A DNA stretch of 64,000 nucleotides, taken from contig JAHIRF010000002.1 in NCBI GenBank assembly GCA_018818785.1, forward strand, positions 135,874-199,873. The letters are read 5' to 3'. The notes under the pieces are model-generated. The model did not search any database, had not been told where the DNA came from, and saw only the letters and a program-made list of their open reading frames with translations. The stretch's first letter is position 1, and each line of letters opens with the position of its first letter. The DNA comes from Thermoplasmatota archaeon. Lineage in GTDB: Archaea > Thermoplasmatota > Thermoplasmata > UBA10834. The translations under genes and the position numbers were made by a program. Below, one piece after another: positions 58,617-64,000 of the stretch.

Positions 58617-59717
58617 ATGAAGGCTGGCTTCGTCATCAATCCGATCGCCGGCATGGGAGGACCTGTCGGTCTGAAGGGTACCGACGGAATCGATGCGGTT
58701 GAAGAGGCCATAGATCGAGGCGCAGCCAGGACGGCTGAACGGAGGGCCATCGACTCATTGCAGGGAATCAAATCAGCAGAGCTCCCCATAGAGTTCGTCA
58801 CCTGTTCTGGAATCATGGGGGAGACCGCCCTTACCGCAGCCGGATTGGAGGCTCGCGTTGTCTGCAAATCCAAGCCTGAGACGGATTCCGCGGATACCAG
58901 GAACTGTGTGGCAAGGTTCATCGACGAAGGAGCTGAGATAATCATATTCGTCGGAGGAGACGGGACCGCGAGGGATGTTTTGTCCGTAGTTGGCTCAAGG
59001 CTCCCGATTCTAGGCGTTCCGGCAGGAGTCAAGATGCATTCCGCAGTCTTCCTTAACACACCCCAGGCCTTGTCACAGGTGATGGAGTCGTTCCTCAGAT
59101 CCAGATTATCTGAAGAAGCCGATGTGATGGACATAGATGAGGAGGCTTTCAGGGAGGGCAGGGCGATAAGTCGCCTATTCGGGGTGGCGCGGGTACCTGA
59201 CGACCGCGTCCACATGCAGACTGGAAAACAGTCCTTTGTTTCAGGCACGGCGGACGACGAAGCGTTGGAATTGGGGCGGTACATCGTCGACACGATGGAG
59301 CCTGACATCACGTACATAATTGGTCCAGGAGGCACAACTGCGCACGTCGCCAAAGCGATGCAGTCAGACAAGACATTGCTGGGCGTCGATGTATACAGGG
59401 ACGGATACATCGTCTGTCACGATGCTTCCGAGAGGGACCTGGAGGCAATCATGGCTTCAGGCAGACCGGCCAGGATAATCGTCTCGCCCATCGGCTCTCA
59501 AGGGTTCCTGTTCGGGCGAGGCAACCAGCAGATATCACCTGAGGTCATAAGACGCGTCGGATTGGAGAATGTGATCATCATATGCACGCCAACAAAGCTC
59601 CTGTCGACGCCTGTGATGAGAGTTGACACCGGAGATGCTTCATTGGATGCCCAGCTCAGAGGCAGCGCCAAGGTCGTGGTCGGCTACAAGAGAAGAAGGC
59701 TTGTGCGAATACTCTGA
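58617..59717 (+). CDS. ATP-NAD kinase family protein (COG3199-like)
   Basis: NPIAGMGG..LKGTDG, GGDGTARD, GVKMHSAVF, GRGNQQIS. Confidence 0.88.
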   Translation: MKAGFVINPIAGMGGPVGLKGTDGIDAVEEAIDRGAARTAERRAIDSLQGIKSAELPIEFVTCSGIMGETALTAAGLEARVVCKSKPETDSADTRNCVARFIDEGAEIIIFVGGDGTARDVLSVVGSRLPILGVPAGVKMHSAVFLNTPQALSQVMESFLRSRLSEEADVMDIDEEAFREGRAISRLFGVARVPDDRVHMQTGKQSFVSGTADDEALELGRYIVDTMEPDITYIIGPGGTTAHVAKAMQSDKTLLGVDVYRDGYIVCHDASERDLEAIMASGRPARIIVSPIGSQGFLFGRGNQQISPEVIRRVGLENVIIICTPTKLLSTPVMRVDTGDASLDAQLRGSAKVVVGYKRRRLVRIL

Positions 59718-59733
59718 TCTGATTCGGACTTGT

Positions 59734-60624
59734 TCATGTCCCCGAATCATCCTTCTCCAGAAGAATGGCCCAATTAGCCTCCACCGCGCTCTGTATCGAG
59801 GACACCTCAGCCGGAGTCAGATGAGCGAAACGCCCCTGTAGCTTCAGGTAGTCGCTCACTGGCAGACCCTTTCCTTTCCTCGTCACATGCACCTTCCCGT
59901 TCTCGATCTCGTAAAGGGGGAACACATGAGTATCGACCGCGAGTCTTGCGATCTCGATCGTATACATCGGATTGGCCTTCCAGCCAGGTGGGCACGGCGA
60001 GAGCGCGTGTATGAACTTCATTCCCTTGATGGCCTTTGCTTTCGCGACTTTCTTTATGAAATCCTCGGGGTGCGCCACAGACACCGTCGCCGTATATGGC
60101 ACTCTGTGAGCCTGCATTATGGCCATGATATCCTTCTTCTGCTCCTGCTTGAAGTCATGGTTCTTCCCGACCGGGGTCGTGGTGGTCCATGCCCCCCATG
60201 GAGTGGAACCGCTTCTCTGGATGCCAGTGTTCATGTATGCTTCGTTATCGTACATCACATAGATGGCGTCGGTCTGTCTCTCCGCCGCTCCGGACAACGA
60301 TTGTAGACCGATATCGACTGTCCCTCCGTCGCCAGCGAACCCGACTACGGTGACATCCTCCACCCCCTTCATATCCAGGGCGGCGCGCAATCCGGATATC
60401 GATGCGCCTGTGGCTTCGAAGGCCGAATACACGAGCGGAACCTTCAGACAGTTGCTAGGCCAGTATCCAGGCATCACCGCCCAGCAGCATGCAGGGATCG
60501 ATATGATGGTCCTCTCCCCGAGGCCTTTCAACAGGTATCTCATCACTAGGTTGGCACCGCATCCGGGACAACCCGTGCTTCCAGGATATGTGTGCTCTTC
60601 CTCTGGGATGGTCATCTTTGGCAT
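59734..60624 (-). CDS. porB: 2-oxoacid:ferredoxin oxidoreductase beta subunit
   Basis: GCPGCG, GDGGTVDIG, YDNEAYMNTGIQRS, SPCPPGW. Confidence 0.93.
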   Translation of the reverse strand: MPKMTIPEEEHTYPGSTGCPGCGANLVMRYLLKGLGERTIISIPACCWAVMPGYWPSNCLKVPLVYSAFEATGASISGLRAALDMKGVEDVTVVGFAGDGGTVDIGLQSLSGAAERQTDAIYVMYDNEAYMNTGIQRSGSTPWGAWTTTTPVGKNHDFKQEQKKDIMAIMQAHRVPYTATVSVAHPEDFIKKVAKAKAIKGMKFIHALSPCPPGWKANPMYTIEIARLAVDTHVFPLYEIENGKVHVTRKGKGLPVSDYLKLQGRFAHLTPAEVSSIQSAVEANWAILLEKDDSGT

Positions 60625-61811
60625 CAATGCCACCTCCTCGGAAGACCCGCGACATCGACCCATTCGACATCGGTCTCCTCCCTGCGCTTGACGAAGAGTT
60701 GGATGTCGTCGAATATCTTCTCCAATATCTTCGGAGTTATGTCACGGCCACCCAGACCTGCTATGTAATTCTTCATCGCCGGCCTCTTCGGGCAGTCGTA
60801 AATCGATCCTTTGATCTCGGTGAAGAATGCACCTGAGACGCCGAAAGTATAGCTGCGATCGAGTACCGCGATGCCGGCCACCTTGCTTGCGAGTGCTCTG
60901 AACTCCTCGTGCGGGAACGGTCTGAACACCCTCAGTCTGGCAAGTCCTACCTTCTGTCCTTTCTCCCTCAGGCTGTCAACCACGTCCTTAGCGGTGGCAG
61001 CCGTGGATCCCGCGGCTACCAGTACCACCTCGGCGTCGTCGCAGCGGTAGTTCTCCAGCAGGCCCCCGTATTCCCTCCCGAACACTTGCTTGAACTCCTT
61101 CTCCACACGGAGTATCCTTTCCCGAGCCGCTTTCATCGCGAGCATCGCCTTGTATCTGAACTCCATGTACTGATCGGGTTTCACGAGCGATCCGAAGCCC
61201 ATGGGCTTGCCGATCTCCACCTTCAGCTCTGGCGAGAATGATGGTAGGAACGAATCGACGGCCTCCTGTTCAGGCATGTCGACCGGTTCGGATGTATGTG
61301 AGAGTATGAATGCGTCCTCTATCACCATCGCTGGAAGCATCACGTTTCTGCTTTCGCAGATCTTGTATGCCATGATCGTCGTGTCCAGGACCTCCTGATT
61401 GCTCGAACAGAAGAACTGCAGCCATCCCGTGTCCCTCTGGGCTATGGAGTCCATGTGATCGGCCCAAACGCTCCATGGTGGAGCCATGGCCCGGCTCACA
61501 TTTGTTATCACGATCGGCAGTCTTGCACCCGACGCCCACATGAGGACTTCGTGCATGAGGGTGAGGCCGTGTGAGCTAGTAGCCGTGTAAGTCCTCGCTC
61601 CCACGATGGACGCGGATATGCATGCCGCCATAGCGCTGTGCTCGCTCTCTACCGAGATGAACTTGGCCTTCAGCTCTCCGGTTGATACAAGCTCCGCGAG
61701 CTTCTCGACGATGGAAGTCTGAGGGGTGATCGGATAAGCCGCGATGACTTCCGCCCGAGATAGCTTCGCGCCATAGGCAGAGGCGTAGTTCCCGGTCATC
61801 ACCTGTCTCAT
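60624..61811 (-). CDS. porA: 2-oxoacid:ferredoxin oxidoreductase alpha subunit
   Basis: AAYPITPQT, VESEHSAM, TATSSHGL, GLGGRD. Confidence 0.93.
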   Translation of the reverse strand: MRQVMTGNYASAYGAKLSRAEVIAAYPITPQTSIVEKLAELVSTGELKAKFISVESEHSAMAACISASIVGARTYTATSSHGLTLMHEVLMWASGARLPIVITNVSRAMAPPWSVWADHMDSIAQRDTGWLQFFCSSNQEVLDTTIMAYKICESRNVMLPAMVIEDAFILSHTSEPVDMPEQEAVDSFLPSFSPELKVEIGKPMGFGSLVKPDQYMEFRYKAMLAMKAARERILRVEKEFKQVFGREYGGLLENYRCDDAEVVLVAAGSTAATAKDVVDSLREKGQKVGLARLRVFRPFPHEEFRALASKVAGIAVLDRSYTFGVSGAFFTEIKGSIYDCPKRPAMKNYIAGLGGRDITPKILEKIFDDIQLFVKRREETDVEWVDVAGLPRRWH

Positions 61812-62080
61812 TCGATACCCTCCTTGATCATCTCGATGCATTTCGCGGGACATTCAGCAGAACAGATGCCGCAGCCTTTGCAGTATTTCAAGTCGATGAC
61901 TGGCACGAAGTCCACGAGCTTTATCGCCGCATCAGGACAGAACTTCCAGCAGATAGTGCATCTCTTGCACTTCGATATATCGACGATTGGCCTGAATGCC
62001 CTCCAAAGGCCGGTCATGTTCATGGTACTTGGCGTGTTCGAGATCGGCGTCAGCGGTATCTCTTCGTAGCTCTTTGTCAT
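61808..62080 (-). CDS. porD: 2-oxoacid:ferredoxin oxidoreductase delta subunit
   Basis: TGLWRAFRP, CKRCTICWKFCP, CKGCGICSAECP. Confidence 0.93.
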   Translation of the reverse strand: MTKSYEEIPLTPISNTPSTMNMTGLWRAFRPIVDISKCKRCTICWKFCPDAAIKLVDFVPVIDLKYCKGCGICSAECPAKCIEMIKEGIE

Positions 62081-62634
62081 ACGGCAACCTCTCTAGTCCG
62101 CTCGTATGCTTCCCTGGCCGCCTCGACATTCTCGTCCTTCTTGACAGGGGCGACCTCCCGGATAATCTCCAACATCGCCTCTATTGACACCCAATCGCTC
62201 ATCTTGGCGAACCCACCCATGATCGCAGTGTTCACTATGGGAGTCATCTTGGATCCGATGCCATGTGTCGCGGCGATGGCCGTGGCGTCCAATGTATAGT
62301 ACTGGAATCGGTCCGATATTTCTGGGAGAGTCTTATCATCGGGGTAGTTTATCAGAACCTTGCCTCCAGGTTTGAGGCCTTCAAGGAGGTCCACGCCCTT
62401 AAGGAGAGTGCTGTCGAGCACGACGATGTAATCCGGTTCGTAGATGCTTGATTTGATCCGGATGGGATTCTTGTCAATACGAGCATATGCGGTGACTGGC
62501 GCGCCACGCCGCTCAACTCCGAAGAAAGGAAAGGATGATACTTCGAATCCCATTTTGAATGCTGCCTTCGCCAGGACTTCTGAAGCTATGACGACCCCCT
62601 GGCCGCCCCTACCATGAAACCTGACCTCAATCAC
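62077..62634 (-). CDS. porG: 2-oxoacid:ferredoxin oxidoreductase gamma subunit
   Basis: HGRGGQG, FGVERRGAPV, PIVNTAIMG. Confidence 0.93.
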   Translation of the reverse strand: MIEVRFHGRGGQGVVIASEVLAKAAFKMGFEVSSFPFFGVERRGAPVTAYARIDKNPIRIKSSIYEPDYIVVLDSTLLKGVDLLEGLKPGGKVLINYPDDKTLPEISDRFQYYTLDATAIAATHGIGSKMTPIVNTAIMGGFAKMSDWVSIEAMLEIIREVAPVKKDENVEAAREAYERTREVAV

Positions 62635-62756
62635 TCGGATGCACCAATTCGTGCGTTAGCGACTTCAGCATATTAAGTATTCTCTCACCTACTAGTACGG
62701 GACCTTGCATTGACATATCCTGGCACGCAAAGACGCGATTCGGAACGGATTTAGAT

Positions 62757-63227
62757 ATGAGATATGCACTTACACGAAATGTGAACAGGAGTTTCTCGTC
62801 TCTGAACGCCCGAGCGATCTGTCACTCGACCGAAGACGTCGAGAAGGTCAGGCAATCGATGCTCAATGCATTGGGGGAGATAGAGCTGCATGTTTCTGTG
62901 GCGAAGGGGCATCATGGAAATCCGATGGAGATAATCGAAGCGCGCACAGAAAAGATGCGTGAAATCGATGGTTTCTTCAAGAAGATGCAGGCAGAGGATC
63001 TTGAAGTGATCGACAGGACAATCGAATCGAGGATAGACGATGCATGCAACCTATTCCTCAGGTTGAGCAAACAAGATGCGTTTCATGAGATCATACGATT
63101 GGCCACCGATGATGATGCCATCGCCATCAGGATAAAAATAAGGGCATATCCAGCGAAGCGCGAGAGCGCCATTGTGCAGGCACGCGAGTATCTCGCAACC
63201 GCGCAAGACAAACTATCGAGTGCGTAG
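62757..63227 (+). CDS. Conserved archaeal RNA-binding protein (COG1325-like)
   Basis: HSTEDVEKV, GHHGNP, LFLRLSKQ, AYPAKRE. Confidence 0.85.
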   Translation: MRYALTRNVNRSFSSLNARAICHSTEDVEKVRQSMLNALGEIELHVSVAKGHHGNPMEIIEARTEKMREIDGFFKKMQAEDLEVIDRTIESRIDDACNLFLRLSKQDAFHEIIRLATDDDAIAIRIKIRAYPAKRESAIVQAREYLATAQDKLSSA

Positions 63228-63297
63228 ATAGATGGCAAACGGCAACTCTTTCGATTGATTCTTATATGGAGCCTGGCATCCGGCATATGCGACACAA

Positions 63298-63382
63298 GCA
63301 GGGGTAGCCAAGTCCGGTCAACGGCGCAAGGCTTAGGACCTTGTCCAGCAGTGGTTCCGCGGTTCGAATCCGCGCCCCTGCA
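63298..63382 (+). tRNA. tRNA-Leu(TAG)
   Basis: GCAGGGG/CCCCTGC-A acceptor, anticodon arm CAAGG-CTTAGGA-CCTTG, variable arm, T arm CGCGG-TTCGAAT-CCGCG. Confidence 0.96.
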
Positions 63383-63452
63383 CCTCTTTTTCCACTGAAG
63401 GGCGTTCGACGCGAAAGAAACCGCAACTGCCTAGCTGTTTCCAATAGGGAGT

Positions 63453-63788
63453 CTATTTCGGGGTTTTGATTGACCGAATGACCAGAAATACTACTAAGGC
63501 GACAGGGGCAATTATGAGAATCGCACCAAGTATCTCTTCATTCTCGTAGATTAGAGTCACTCCAGAGACGACACCGAGAAGTAGTGCCACGAACACAAGT
63601 ACTCCGGTGACGGGTGGCACGGACCTGACTCTCCACCTCACACTCATTTCGTAAGGTTCACTTGCATGTACCAACCTTCTTGAAGATGGTCCGAAGCCAG
63701 CCATGAATGTCACAGAGATACGATTGAACCGAGAGGACATATAGGTTATCAGGGAAGCCCATGCAGCCAGAAACGTTATCAGCAGCAA
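63453..63788 (-). CDS. Small membrane protein between tRNA-Leu and its partial copy
   Basis: Three hydrophobic segments; may be 5'-truncated. Confidence 0.55.
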   Translation of the reverse strand: MLLITFLAAWASLITYMSSRFNRISVTFMAGFGPSSRRLVHASEPYEMSVRWRVRSVPPVTGVLVFVALLLGVVSGVTLIYENEEILGAILIIAPVALVVFLVIRSIKTPK

Positions 63789-63806
63789 CCGCCCTACTAA
63801 AGGACG

Positions 63807-63851
63807 GGCTTAGGACTATGTCCAGCAGTGGTTCAGAGGTTCGAATCTGCG
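63807..63851 (+). repeat. Degenerate copy of tRNA-Leu 3' half (att-like)
   Basis: 40/45 identity to 63330-63374, from the anticodon arm through the T arm. Confidence 0.88.
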
Positions 63852-63932
63852 ATCCGAAACATCAAGGGGCTCATAGGGTTACCTCACAAAGAATATTAAC
63901 ATCGCGACTCAATAATCAAGAAAGGTGTTCGA

Positions 63933-64000
63933 ATGGAGTGCCCAAACTGCGGAAAGGAGCTGATGGCGAACGCAACGACGTGTCGTGCGTGTGGAAGCAC
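63933..64000 (+). CDS. Zinc-ribbon protein, N-terminus (runs off window)
   Basis: SD AGGTG; MECPNCGKELMANATTCRACGS. Confidence 0.65.
   Translation, partial: MECPNCGKELMANATTCRACGS

Overview
Archaeal chromosomal segment, most likely Thermoplasmatota (inferred from gene content: TBP, aIF6, rpoE'/spt4, S24e/S27ae/S19e/L31e/L39e, SRP54 and archaeal SRP RNA, several DUF835/KaiC-like proteins). The backbone is housekeeping: IleRS, LeuRS, AcnX mevalonate-pathway genes, H+-PPase, purB, a peptide ABC transporter, an FtsZ-like gene and porGDAB. Three tRNA genes were read directly: Arg-CCG with a perfect BHB intron in the T-loop, Ala-CGC and Leu-TAG. The main accessory region starts at tRNA-Ala. It holds a ~7.5 kb integrated element (HUH rolling-circle Rep, three PD-(D/E)XK nuclease-like genes, tyrosine integrase) ending in a copy of the tRNA 3' end. 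This is followed by ~5 kb (28.0-33.2 kb) of units of one or two small zinc-ribbon/membrane genes. Each unit begins with a recurring ~23-bp motif (consensus TGAGAAAAGGCCATARRGGCGGA, 7 copies), several copies are attached to intact or decayed tRNA-3'-end att cores, and two units share a ~150-bp right arm. This looks like an integron-like, tRNA-anchored gene-cassette array, and a similar arrangement appears to begin at tRNA-Leu at the window end. All calls come from reading the sequence and ORF track; no database searches were run.
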